The position numbers and the translations under genes were made by a program. The notes beneath the pieces are model-generated. The model saw only the letters and a program-made list of their open reading frames with translations, had not been told where the DNA came from and searched no databases. This document shows positions 38,087 through 52,875 of a DNA stretch of 64,000 bases, piece after piece. Position 1 is the first letter of the stretch. Each line of letters begins with the position of its first letter. Source of the stretch: the human T2T-CHM13v2.0 reference genome, Homo sapiens; NCBI RefSeq assembly GCF_009914755.1, contig NC_060938.1; one strand, written 5' to 3'.

Positions 38087-40559
38087 GAGGCATACCTCAC
38101 TTTATTGCACTTTACTGTATTACACTGATATTGCATTTTTTACAAATTGAAGGTTTGTGGCAACCTTGCACTGAGCAAGTCTACTGACACCATTTTTCCA
38201 ACAGCATGTGCTCACTTCATGTTTCTGTGTCACATTTAGTTAATTCTTGTAATATTTCAAACTTTTCATTGTTGTTATATCTGTTATGGTGATCTATGAC
38301 AGTGATTTTTGACGTTACTATCGTAACTGGTTTGGGGCACCATGTATCATACCCATATAAGATAGCAAACTTAATAAATGTGTGTGTGTTCCGAATGCTC
38401 CACCGACTGGCCATTCCCTCTCCTCTGTCTCCCTCTCTTCAGGCCTCCCTATTCCCTGAGACACAACAATATTAAAATTAGGCCAGTTAACATCTCCACA
38501 ATGTCCTCTAAGCTTTCAAGTGAAAGGAGCAGTCGCATGTCTCCCAGTTTTCCTCAAAAGCTAGAAATGATTAAGCTTAGTGATGAAGGCATGTTGAAAG
38601 CTGAGATATGTTGAAGCTTCTCGCACTAAACAGCCAAGTTGTGAATGCAAAGGAAAAGTTCTTGAAGGAAGTTAAAAGTGCTACTCCAGTGAATACACGA
38701 ATGATTAAAAAAAAAAAAAAAAGAAAAAATGGTGTTATTGTTGATATGGAGAAATTTCAGTGCTCTGGAAAGAAGATCAAACTAGCTACAACATTCCTGT
38801 AAACCAAAGCCAAATCAGAGCAAGGCTAACTCTCTTCAATTCTATGACATCTAAGTGAGGCAAGGAAGCTACAGAAGAAAAGCAAAGCTAGCACAGGTTG
38901 GTTCATGAGGGTTAAAGAAAGAAGCCATCTCGATAACATTTAAGTGCAAGGTGAAGCAGCAAGGGTTGACATAGATGCTGCAGCAAGTTACCCAGAAGAT
39001 CTAGCTTAGAGCATTGATGCACGTGGCTACACTAAACAACAGATTTTCAGTGTAGATGAAACAGCCTTTTCCTGGAAGATGTCATTTCAGGCTTTTCCAG
39101 CTAGAAAGAAGTCAATGCCTACCTTCAACAGACAGGCTGATTTCCTTATTAGGGGCTAATGCAACTGGTTACTTTAAGTTGAAGACAATGTTCAGTGACT
39201 ATTGCGAAAATCCTAGGGCCCTTAAGAATTATGCTAAATTGACTCTGAGCCTGTGCTTTATAAATGGAACAACAAAGTCTGGATGATAGCACATCTGTTT
39301 ACCACATGGCTTCCTGAATATTTTAAGCCCACTGTTGAGACCTAATTCTCAGGAAAAAAAAAAAAAGATTCCTTTCAAAATATTACTACTCATTGACAAT
39401 GTATGTAGCCACCCAAGAACTCTAATGGAGATGTACTAAGAGATGAATGCTGTTTTCATGCCTGAGAACACAACATCCATTCTATGGCCCATGGATCAAG
39501 AAATAATTTTGACTCAAGTCTTCCTATGTAAGAAATATATTTTGTAAGGCTATAGTGGCTATAGCTGCTATAGCTAGTGATTCCTCTGATGGATCTGGGC
39601 AAAATCAATTGAAAACCTTCTGGAAAGAATTTACCATTCCAGATACCATTAAGAACATTTATGATTCATAGAATGAGGTCAAAATATCAACATTAACAGG
39701 AGTTTGGAAGAAGTTGATTCCAACACTCCAGATGACTTTGAGGGCTTCAAGACGTCAGTGAAGGAAGTAACTACAGATGTGAAAATAGCAAGAGAACTAG
39801 AATTAGAAGTCAAGCCTGAAGATGGGACTCATCATGAGGTACTGCAATCCCATGATAAAACTTTAATGGATGAGGAGCTGCTTCTTACAGATAGTAAAGA
39901 AAGTAGTTTCTTGAGATGGAATTGACTGTTGGTGAAGATGCTGTGAACATTGTTCAAATGACAACAAAGGATTTAGAAGAGTATAGAAACTTAATTGTTA
40001 GAGCAGCAGCAGTGTTTGAGAGGACAGAGTCCAATTTTGAAAGTGTTCTAGTGTAGGTAAAATGCTATCAAAACAGCATTGCATGTTTCACAAAACATGT
40101 GAAATATGTTTCACAAAACATGTGAAATATGTTTCACAAAACATGTGAAATATGTTTCACAAAATAAATCTTTTGTGAAAGGAAGAGTCAATCGGTGCCG
40201 CAAACTTCATTGTTGTCTTATAAGAAATTGCCACAGCCACCCCAGCCTTCAGTAACTACTATCCTGATCAGTCAGCAGCCAACAATATTGAGGCAAGACC
40301 CTCCATCAGCAAAAAAGATTATGACTCACTAAAGGCTGAGATGATTGTTAGCATTTTTTAGCAATCAAGTATTTTAAAATTAAGGTATGCATATTTTTTG
40401 TCATAATGCTCTTACATTCTTAATAGACTACAGTATAGTGTAAACATAACTTTTCTATGTACTGGGAAACCAAAAATTTCATGTGACTCACTTTACTGCA
40501 ATATTTATTTTATTGCCATGGTCTGGAGCTGAACCCACAATATCTCCAACGCATGTCCG
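38087..40559 (+). mobile_element. Near full-length Tigger1 (TcMar-Tigger) with decayed transposase
   Basis: Left TIR gaggcatacctc; right end ...caatatctccaacgcatgtccg followed by TA; ~2.47 kb. Transposase remnants [67 protein letters not shown]. Confidence 0.95.
40083..40164 (+). repeat. Perfect 23-bp minisatellite x3.6 with internal inverted repeat
   Basis: atgtttcacaaaacatgtgaaat starts at 40083, 40106 and 40129; partial copy at 40152. Confidence 0.97.
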
Positions 40560-40781
40560 TATATGATTTATATAAATATATATTTTATACATATGTATGA
40601 TATATAATCATATATACATACAAAATAAAATGAAAGTTGTGCAATAAGAGGGCCTTAAAAATGTTTTTTTTCCAAAGTCAGTATATACAAGTCCAGCTTT
40701 CCTTATCCAACTAGTGAAGTGATGATTTTCTCCACTTCCTATCATATTACATGTCTATATCACGAACTCATTTCCATTCTC

Positions 40782-40933
<152 letters not shown>

Positions 40934-41247
40934 TAACGCTGTCTTCAACTTGTGTGCTGCTGTTTCTGTTCTACTGTTCTCATATGTGTTATTCATTTTA
41001 GGTAAATAGCATTTGGAGAGCAGTAAACCACACTTGTTTAAAACAAACATGCTGGTGATGCCTTCAGATATTAGTTTAATTACTTTCACGTTGTTGACCT
41101 TTTTGTTCTATAAAGTAGCCCAAAATATTATTCTGACATTTGGTTTATTCAAGATAAAGAAACCAAGTAGATACCTTTTAGACAGAGTTTAATGCTTACA
41201 TATCACCTTAGTCATTTACTCTTTTCTCATCCATTAAATATTACTTT

Positions 41248-41522
41248 TTTGTTTTGTTTTTAGAGACAGGGTCTCGGCTCTGTTACCCAGGCTGGAGTAC
41301 AGCTCACTGCAGCCTCGAACTCCTAAGCTCAAGAGATTCTCCTGCCTCAGACTCCTGAGGAGCTGGGACTATAGGCGTGTGTCACCACACCCAGCTAATT
41401 CTTTTCTTTTTGTAGAGACAGGGTCTTGGTGTGTTACCCAGGCTGGCCTCTAACTCCTGGGCTCAACTGATCCTCTTACCTCAGTCTCCCAAAACGCTGG
41501 GTGTGAGATACCATTCCCAGCC
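41248..41522 (-). mobile_element. AluJ with small internal deletions
   Basis: J-type text. 16-bp TSD cattaaatattacttt (41232-41247 / 41524-41539). Confidence 0.92.
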
Positions 41523-42958
41523 TCATTAAATATTACTTTGGAATGGAATAATTAAAGCTCAGAAAATAAATTTCCCCTAGATTGGCTATTAGTAGACACA
41601 AACTCTAAGTTTTACCATCTTTCAATTCATTCTTTGCCATTAGATTTTCTCCTTTCCCCAAAAAGGGGGCAATAAAATAGTAGGCACTGACCCAACTCCT
41701 ATGATTTCACATTGTCATTTTTATATGACAAATATGTGTGTGTGTGTGCACTTGTGTGTTTATGGTTTATGTACATGCACATATATGCATACTATTACCC
41801 ATTTCCCTTATATATAAGGACACTCAAGTGATGTCCAGGGTAGCACATACAATTTTTTAAGCACGTAAACATACTTGAATATACTCAAAAACATAAGCAA
41901 CCATTGCTTTACATTTTGCATTAATTACCAAGACTCTATTTTAAAAACCAGTATCTTTAAAGATATTTCTGATAATGTGAGTAATACATCAATTGGGTAA
42001 AGGAGAAGTGTTTGATGAGTTAAGGATGACAATTAATGCTACCTGGATACTAGCCACTAGAAATATTAAACCACTAGCCCACAGTCTTCAAAAGACTTCC
42101 AACTTTTGACTGACCAACTCCCTAGATACTAGCTCTAGAACAGCTAACTTGCTATTGAAGGCCTCTAATGAGCAACTGATAATGTTCCCTGAGATAATTA
42201 CATGCACAGCTAATTAGCCCTTCATTATCTTTTAAACAAATGAATTTCTTAGTTACCAGATTTCCTTGCAGAATTACTTTTTAATGCTCTAAAACGAAGT
42301 TCTGTTAATACTTTTAATAAACTGTGTATCAAAAATCATTCTACAAAATGTAGCCTCTTTAGACTTTTGCTCTGAATAAAAAATATACAAATAATAATAA
42401 TTTAATCTGAATCAAGAAAAGCCAAAAACAAAAAAAACCCTCTGACCATGAACAGAACTACCAAGGAGCAGTATATACGGAACACACTGCCTATGTACAT
42501 TAATGTTTCAGCTTCAGCTGACCCACATCTGTAAATCTAGACAGCTAGTTACCATGTGTCTTCCCAACTGAAAAAGGCAAAAGACAACTGGCTACCACAT
42601 GCTTTTTACAAATAAATTGTAAACAGGTTACTCAGTATAGGCCACATATATAGGATTTACACATGAGTGCCCCAGGAATAAATTTGGCTCAAAGCCTCCT
42701 TCAGCTAAAAAGCTTCAGGCATCACGATATTCCCATATGTCTACTGTATAATGAAATGTATAACAATTTTTACCCTGAAGGTTGTTTTGTACTAAGAATG
42801 AGATTGGGCAGTGGGTAACTCAGGCAACCATCCAAAGGAGTTCTTATCGCTTATCCATGTGTATGTATATTTAAAGATGTGTACCACATTCTTTGGAAAC
42901 CATAAATAATGTACCAAAAAATTCTGGAAGTACATTGTATCACTCTCCATGCCATAGT

Positions 42959-43003
42959 ATACATACACGCACACACACACATACACACATACACACACAC
43001 ACA
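42959..43003 (+). repeat. Interrupted (CA)n microsatellite
   Basis: Direct observation. Confidence 0.9.
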
Positions 43004-43735
43004 GCCATAAAGGTCAAGAAATGCTCAAGGTTGGGACATTTGTTACAAACAACAGTGATAATTCTCTTTATAAAGACTTCTCTTACCTCCACACTGGCTG
43101 AGGCTTACTAAGATGGAGAGGAAAGGTACCTGATGCTTTGGGAAGAGAGCTCTGAGTGAGAAGCCAGAATAACAAAGAGAAGGTTTCGGAAAGAGGCTGC
43201 TTTCATCCTGTTATGTTTCAACATCAGAGGGGGATGGTAAAGAGAATTCTTGAGGTTTCTATCTTGTCTGTCTTAGCTCAATAGAGTACGAAAACTAAGA
43301 AGAATTTATGCAAAAGCTTCAACTACGAATAAATAGCACCCATCTGCTTGGAGTGGCTTGTGTCTTACCTTCCCAAGAACTTCAAATGGGGCAGCAGTTA
43401 GGAATTGAGAAGGATCTGGGGACACAGCTAACAGTGTTGCAATTCATGCATGCATCCATTCACCCAATGTTAACTGAAGTCCTATTAGATGTAGGGTCTT
43501 GTATTAAGAAGAGAGAAAGATGGTTTGGATGAGAATTTTGCCAACATGTGTAGAAGTAAAGATGGATAATTACTAATACAAAATAATAATGATAAATGCC
43601 CCAAGAAGGTACAAATAAAATACAGTAAGAGTTAAGTAGAGATGGCTTCCAGCTCAGGAATAGGAAAGGAGTTAATAGCTTTTCCCAACCCTCTAGAATC
43701 TAATTTCCCATTAAGACTTCATCTTTTCAAAATGC

Positions 43736-43839
43736 CCTCATGGTTCCTCCTTACCCTTATCTTCATGGATACAAGTGTTCCTCCTTACTGTTCCTCCTCA
43801 TTGTTCCTCCTTACCCTTATCTTCAAGGATACAAGTGTT
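43736..43839 (+). repeat. 44-bp direct duplication (period 60) with a self-derived spacer
   Basis: 43736-43779 vs 43796-43839, 2 mismatches. Confidence 0.92.
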
Positions 43840-44724
43840 GGAGGAGGGTGTTTATACAGTATGTTTTATTTGATCTCATCCCCTAGGGACACCCTACCTG
43901 TTACTTAAAATCAGCTGTCTCTACCTCCTTCCAGCCAGACTGTTCTGTCTTCCAGTGACCCATGCTCACTTTGAACTATGATTTTGCCCTCCGGAGTAAA
44001 CTTCAGAGTTCTATTCCTCACTCATTAGCTCTTGAGCACCACACCACCTGACTCATGTTACAGGAGTTGTGAAATCCCTCTCTCACTCACACAGGGCAAT
44101 TCACATGTGATAAGCACCAGTGTCTTCACAAATAGGTAAACCTGTCTGGTCATTCGAGCTCCACTGAGCAGCAAATAAAACTAGCTTTTCATTCATCTAC
44201 CAGGCACTGGTTGATTAGTAACCAGTGTCTACGATTGTGGGTGACAATGTTTTACTATTGCAATTTATTTTATCCTTTTTATGTTATTATGAGAGAGAGG
44301 AGAAAGAGAGAAAAAGATGTGAGAAAGAGTAAAGCACATGCTGGGTACTGAGAAAATGTTTGTGGAATAAATGAATTTTTCCATCTGTGCTTTAAAATAT
44401 TTGTTGTTTTACCCACATGGAAGGAAATATTTCATATCAAGCATTACCAGTCTGGAAACTCGCCCTAAGTCTCTATATGGTGGGGAGAAGAAGGAAGATA
44501 AAAACTGAAATAAGATGGTTCGAAATAATAAATAGCATACCCTACGGGTAGATCTAGCCTGTACATGGCTCAAAGGTGATAAGGAGGATATTGTCTGGGA
44601 AGCAGAATGCAGCAGACAACAAAGCTCTCAGACAATAAGAAATATGATAAACCGTTACCCACTTCCATATGCTTTATGTTTTGGGACCATACAGAATCTT
44701 TATCATGAAGATACCAGAAGGTAG

Positions 44725-45460
<736 letters not shown>

Positions 45461-45565
45461 TGTAGAGAGTGAAAGCAATAATCTACATATTATTAAATGA
45501 GTTCAAAACCAGCCTTGGTACAGTTTTGACTCTCTTGAGTCCCCCCAAGTCCTGAGATCTTGGTC

Positions 45566-45730
45566 CAGCGTTTTTCAACCTGGCTGTCTGCCAGAATCAC
45601 CTTCAGAGCTTTTTCGAAGTACATGTAACTGGGCCCACCTCAGAAATTCTGATTCCAAAATATCCAGTAGAGCCTGTCAACTTCTTTGTAAAACATTCCA
45701 CTGGTGTGTACCCAATGTCAGAACTCCCAG
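45566..45730. mobile_element. MER5-family MITE
   Basis: cagcgtttttcaacctggctg...agaatcacc...gggcccacctcagaaattctgatt. Confidence 0.7.
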
Positions 45731-46643
45731 AAGAGTCTGTACTGACATGACCAGATGTTTTAAAGTGGACAATATCACATATGACCTCACATCCACCCTT
45801 GACACAGAGAATGGTATCTTAACAACAATCTGTTGTAACCAGTTTCTTTTATGGAGCAATACTGCCCTTAGAGACTCTACAAGAAAAATAAAATGGTGTT
45901 GTGTTAGAATATGTTTTCCAAACCTTCGTTGGAAAAAAACAGTCAACTCTATATACTTTAACCACTAAAATGTTCTCAAGGTCAAGCTGAGCACATAAAC
46001 CTCAAATAAGGAGTTGATGAGAGGGGTTACCTAACAGGAGCAGAGGAGAAAGGAAGCAGGGCAGCATGAGAGTGTCGCTGCAACAATTGCTCCTTCTGTC
46101 CACCCTGGCTTAGTTATGGTCAGAGGAAAGGGAGAGGTTGTGCAATTGTGTACATAATGCTGGGTGGGAGTGAGGTGGGTTCAAGGAAGCGGGAGGTCAG
46201 GGTGGCCCATTTTCCTCATCTGCTCAACATAAGCATGTGAGGAAATAATAATGTCTTTTAATAATATCAATGAAAGACAAACATCAGGGGAATGGGCATT
46301 GAGGTTATGAGGTCCAGCCAGTCTCTCGAACAAGGAGATTCTCCCTTCACTGCCAATCTTGCAGAACCTGTACATGTGTTTATGAAGAGGAGAGAAGGGT
46401 TTGGGTCTTTTTATGTGTCACGGCAGCAGTAGCATGAGCAAGAAATAACCAAGGGGAAGACAAAATTCAGGGGTCAAGACCTCCTCCCAATGTGAAGATC
46501 TTCCTCCAGTGATAATTTTAGGCAATCTGGATTGACTTTATTAAGGGAGATAAAGGATTTCCCTAAAAAGTAAAATGGATTAATATGTCTGAGAACATGG
46601 ATAAGAGTAAAAGGATGCTTCATGTCTCCTCCCTGCCTGGACA

Positions 46644-47215
46644 TGTGTTAATTCAAGGCTCTCTTTGTTGCAAGTGAATGAAAACAACTCAAACTGCCTT
46701 CAACATAAATCAGAAGATGATTTTAAAAAAAAAAATCTAAGGGTATTGTGAACTCCGTCATGGCTGGATCCAGGTGCTCAATTTTTCATGAAGTTGCCTC
46801 TCTGTGTCTTGATCAGCTTTCCTCTTTGCAGGCTCCATTCTCAGGAAGGCTCCCCAACCCCACCACCAGGCCACTGGGGGTGGGGTGTGACAAGATGGAA
46901 GCGAGAAGCTCCAGGTCACTTTTTATCCTCACAACAACCTCCACAGAAAGATTTCTCTTTTTCTAACGATCTCCAAGAACTAAGTCTTCTCCACTGTGAT
47001 TGGGTCACATGTCACTGTGATTGGGTCACATGTCCATCACTGAGCCAATCACTATGCAGGAGAATGTAATTTCCAGTGTGGCCAGCCCTGAAGCATGAGG
47101 AGGAGTCAGCTCCACCCAACCTATGTGTTCTGACAGTGAAGGAGGGGCAGTTTCCCATGAAAACTCAAGGATTTGTTTTGTTTTACCAGAAACAGGGTGA
47201 ATAGATGCTATACAG
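46644..47215 (-). mobile_element. MLT1K-like LTR
   Basis: ttgttgcaagtgaatgaaaacaactcaaactg...catggctggatccaggtgctca...gggtcacatgtccatcactgagccaatcact. Confidence 0.78.
46992..47034 (+). repeat. Perfect 21-bp tandem duplication
   Basis: cactgtgattgggtcacatgt x2. Confidence 0.96.
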
Positions 47216-49789
47216 TTAAATGCCATCTCTGGCTTAAAGCTGAGAACTGGGCCTCTGGAAGAACAACTTATACATTTTTGAAGAGGGAGTTCTGTGTTTT
47301 GAAGTAGTGACTGTGCAGGCCCTGCACGCTTGATGGCACCCACAGATGCCTGCCCTGTACCCTCCATGGTAAACAGTTCTTGATCCTTCTCCAGCATCCA
47401 GCAGTCACCCTGAAACTGGCTGGGGTCATGGATGCTCAACCTCATCCTCAAAGGCCTAGAACAGAGCAGCTCAATTGCCACTTATTTATTCTGATGAAGT
47501 CAGTCAGTCAAAACGCGAGGATTTTTGGTCTCAGCTCCTCCACTGGCTTGTTGCTTTGTGCCTGGAGAGTTCAACAACTGTTAAATCTTTCAGCTTTCAC
47601 TCAAGTAAAAAAAAAAAAAAGAAAGTCCAAGATTCTTCAAAAAGACATTCTACTGAAATGAAAAACATTTCAAATATACTGTCATCACTCTTACAAGTCT
47701 TCTCACCTGAGCCAAGTAACAATGTGTGCCAGATGAATAAAAAGAAGAATGCCAACTTTATAGATTTTACCACCTCATACTTTTTCAGGTCTGTGAAAAA
47801 TGTTTAACGGGTGAGTAATTTTTTTATAATTCTCTACAAATCTGCTCCACATCAAAGATTGTTTTGGGGAGGGTGTTTCCAAGAGACAGAGCAGAATACT
47901 TAAGCTAGGATAGTTTGATATTCACCATTCCTGGTATATTAAAGTATTTGGTGATGTAAGGAATAAAAGTCTCCAGATCCCCAGCTTGGTGGTCAGCATA
48001 TTTTATAATCAAGCCAGAATCTTGTTAGTTTCTCATAGTATCTTAACATATGTAGTTGAAGGAGTAAAAAGCTATCTCTTCTTCATTCTTCTTTTTCTAT
48101 TCTTAGCCTCCATCTTGGCCCAACTCCATCCCCAATTTGAACCTAACCAAGTAAATATTACGTGGTGTTATCATTTGTGAGCCTTGCCTCAAATGCATAA
48201 GCATAAAAGAATGTGTGATTGGGGCACAATAAAAAGAAGGCACCATGAGAAACATACATCCTGTCTACCTTATTGACAATCCTCTGGCCTCCACACTGAA
48301 TGGCACTAATAACACGGACAAGCACACAGAGAAAAAAGAGTGAAGAAAGACTCCCCCTTTCACTTTCACTCTCAGAAAGGCTTAGCAGGGTATCCTCTTT
48401 GGTACAAAGAGAAGGAATAACCTCATTCCAATTTTTGGTATTGGTGAGACAACCTAAAATCCCCTGGTATAGCAGTTTTTAGATTGTGTTTCATGGATCC
48501 CCAAGATCCCACATGAAGAAGAAATTATTTGAATGTCTGTATGTTAAATTTGTGCCTGCCCTATCATTTCGTGCCTCCCCTTTCCTCTCTCTCCAGCCAA
48601 CACTCCACCAGCTAGGACTGAGATCCAAGCCACAGAAGACAATGCAAAAACTTTCTATAGTCCTGGAAAGTCTGATGAACTGTGAGCTAGACCACAGAAA
48701 GTCATGGCCACATGAATCTAGTTTTTGTACCCTCACTTTGATCCTCCTTGCCAGTCTGGCTCTTTGTTTAGGTGACCCTTGGCCTCTGGAGTCAATGTTT
48801 GTCTTCTAAACGCTATTTCAACACTAACATCTGGTGATGTCCCCCAGCCTGACATTTGTGAAGCAGATGCTTCCAGTGGCCTGGAGTGTGCCTTCTGGGT
48901 CAATGTTTTCAATAATGCCCTCTGGCATTGATCTCTGTGGTACCTCTCCCTAGGTAAGAAAAAAATGCCACTAGGAAATGGCTGAGAAAGAACACTTCAG
49001 ACCATCTGGAGGTAATCTTGGAATATAAAAACCCAGAAGTTCTTGTATAAAGAAATACCTAGAGGAAGGCAGTAGGGAAAAAAAAATCAAGTCTGTGGTA
49101 TTTTTTTAAGTTGTACTTTAAATAGTCCAGCAGTTCAAACCTGACAAATCTATGCTTCATTTTAAGGAATGTCTTTCTGTTCAGGGTCATCTCTGCTGAA
49201 ATGTTGAAGTAACAAAGAATAGAATCTCTTGCTGAGAAAAGCAAGCCCTCTCTCCCTACTCAGTCCCACTCTCCCTCCATGCACACACATGGGCCCACAC
49301 TTTACAGTACTTTGTAAGAGGCTCCTCTCATTGTGGGCCTAGATAAAACTTCAAGGAACTAGAGCATAAATTCCACTAGCCTACATTTGGACAATGATGT
49401 CTTTTCAAATTATGGACTTTTCCTATGTGTCCTGTTAAGCTTTCAAAAGTAGGAAGCTGGTCAATGAGAATTTCTTGCTTCGATTAGATGAAGACTTCTC
49501 ATCTCCACCACTGTGTCTCGAGATCTGCTCTTACTTATCACCAGAACCACCTATAGAGAAGGTCGGAATCTCCTCAATCTACTCAGGAGTTCAGTATAGG
49601 CAATGTACTCATGAGGCTACTTTGTAATATTCACCATACTGCTGTATGGTTTTTCTTTCTAAAAAGCTTAGAATCCATCATTCTCTCATTCCAACAGCCT
49701 TTCATGTTCATAAAAATCCTGTTATCCAAATGGTAACAAGGGCAGGGCAGGGTAGGGGGGTGAGCACTACACAAACCAAGTTGAAGGGG

Positions 49790-50838
<1,049 letters not shown>

Positions 50839-51625
50839 AGGGGGTTGACTGGGAAGCAACTCAAATATATAATATCCCATAAGTCAGTCCGCTAACCACT
50901 GTGTACTTTATGGAGCTTGGATGCAGTTCTTTACTGAGAATGAGCAGTCCCATGGGACAGAGGAGAATGTGACTCTGCTTCAAAATATAGATGAATGGAC
51001 AGATAAATAGCTACATAGAGATACACAGATACATATAACAAGGACTTACTGTGTACCAGGATCTCTACTGAGGGTGTTAAACATTTGATCTTGTTTAAAT
51101 GAGGGCTTAGAGTTAAAATGGTGTAGATACTTTTAATGCCAGAAATTTGCTGAAGCTAATGGACTCAAAGGAAATAAAAACTAACAAAGCAAAGCAAAGG
51201 ACACATGAATCCACCCCTCCCAAAATCACAGGTTAAGATGTATCTCCCAGTCTCTATAGCCCTTCAAGAAGGATATGAATGTTATAGAAAGCAAAGAGGA
51301 CAAGCTAGATGGCATAATCAATCTGTTCAGAAGAGTTTGATTACAGTTTTAAATTAAGAGTTTGCCAAATTACGCTGTAAATAAAACTAACAGTTTTCCT
51401 GGTGACTGATTTTGAGTGGACAGTGGGCAGGTCTGTATTTATACATGTTGGTATGAAATGCATTTAATGGGATGTTTTAAAACTGTTAGTCACAACCTAT
51501 TAGTAGGTCATGAATCCACAATCAGCAAAACATGAAATCTGCCACTGACATGGAACCCATTGCTGTGTGAGTTGCTAATGTCAGTATTTTAAAGGAAACA
51601 GTTATTGTTTTAAGAATGCAACTTA

Positions 51626-52290
<665 letters not shown>

Positions 52291-52299
52291 AGAATAAAT

Positions 52300-52487
52300 T
52301 CTCAAACCCACTTTGCTCCCATTGTCTGATCTCCTGCAAGTGCTCCCCTTTGGAGGAACCCAAGCACAAGCCACAGGCCAAGGTGACCCATTGATTCAGT
52401 CCATAAAGGTCAGCTTCCTGTGACACAGGCCAAGGTAGAGAATGGCAGCAAGTGAATTTAGAGGGGCCACTGGAAGATATCCAGCAC
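52300..52487 (-). mobile_element. ERVL LTR fragment (LTR33-like)
   Basis: ctgatctcctgc...cagtccataaaggtcagcttcc...gaggggccactggaagatatccagcaca. Confidence 0.62.
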
Positions 52488-52642
52488 AACGAGATATTAC
52501 ATGGAGCCAATGGACTAGCACAAGTTAATCCTATGAGTGAAAACACCTAATTCCCATAAAAGGTTTTCACTAAGTTAATGACTGAAAATGTTGCTTAAAC
52601 ACAAACTAGGTCTTTATTGGGTGTTGCCTTTGATCTGGGATT

Positions 52643-52875
52643 TAGAGTGTGGAAAGAACACTAGATTAGAAGTCAGAAGAAATGGCTTATGGTCCTGACT
52701 CCAGTTCATACTAGCTCCAAGACCTTAGACAAGTCATTCAACTTGACTGAGCCATGGTTTTATACTGGTAAAAAGTTACAATACTCATACATTTCCGTAC
52801 CTTAATTATAGACTTGATGTGAGAAGATCCAATGAGAACATATACTTGAAAGCACTTAGTAAATTAGAAATGTGG
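52643..52875 (+). mobile_element. MIR SINE
   Basis: gtggaaagaacactagattagaagtcagaaga...gaccttagacaagtcattcaacttgactgagcc...gaaagcactt. Confidence 0.78.

Noticed and set aside
38378-39925. Domesticated TIGD-like transposase gene
   Set aside because: Many frameshifts and stops; consistent with a neutral Tigger1 fossil.
40083-40164. CRISPR-like array of palindromic repeats
   Set aside because: Units are directly tandem with no spacers, there are no cas genes, and the context is a primate Tigger1.
47026-47807. Overlapping 93-151 aa ORFs
   Set aside because: Partly LTR-derived, with non-ATG starts, poly-Lys from an A-run, and no recognisable domain.
48820-49015. CTCF-like motifs (TCACCAGATGTTAG and CCTCCAGATGGTC on minus)
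   Set aside because: Each mismatches core positions; not supportable without PWM scoring or ChIP data.
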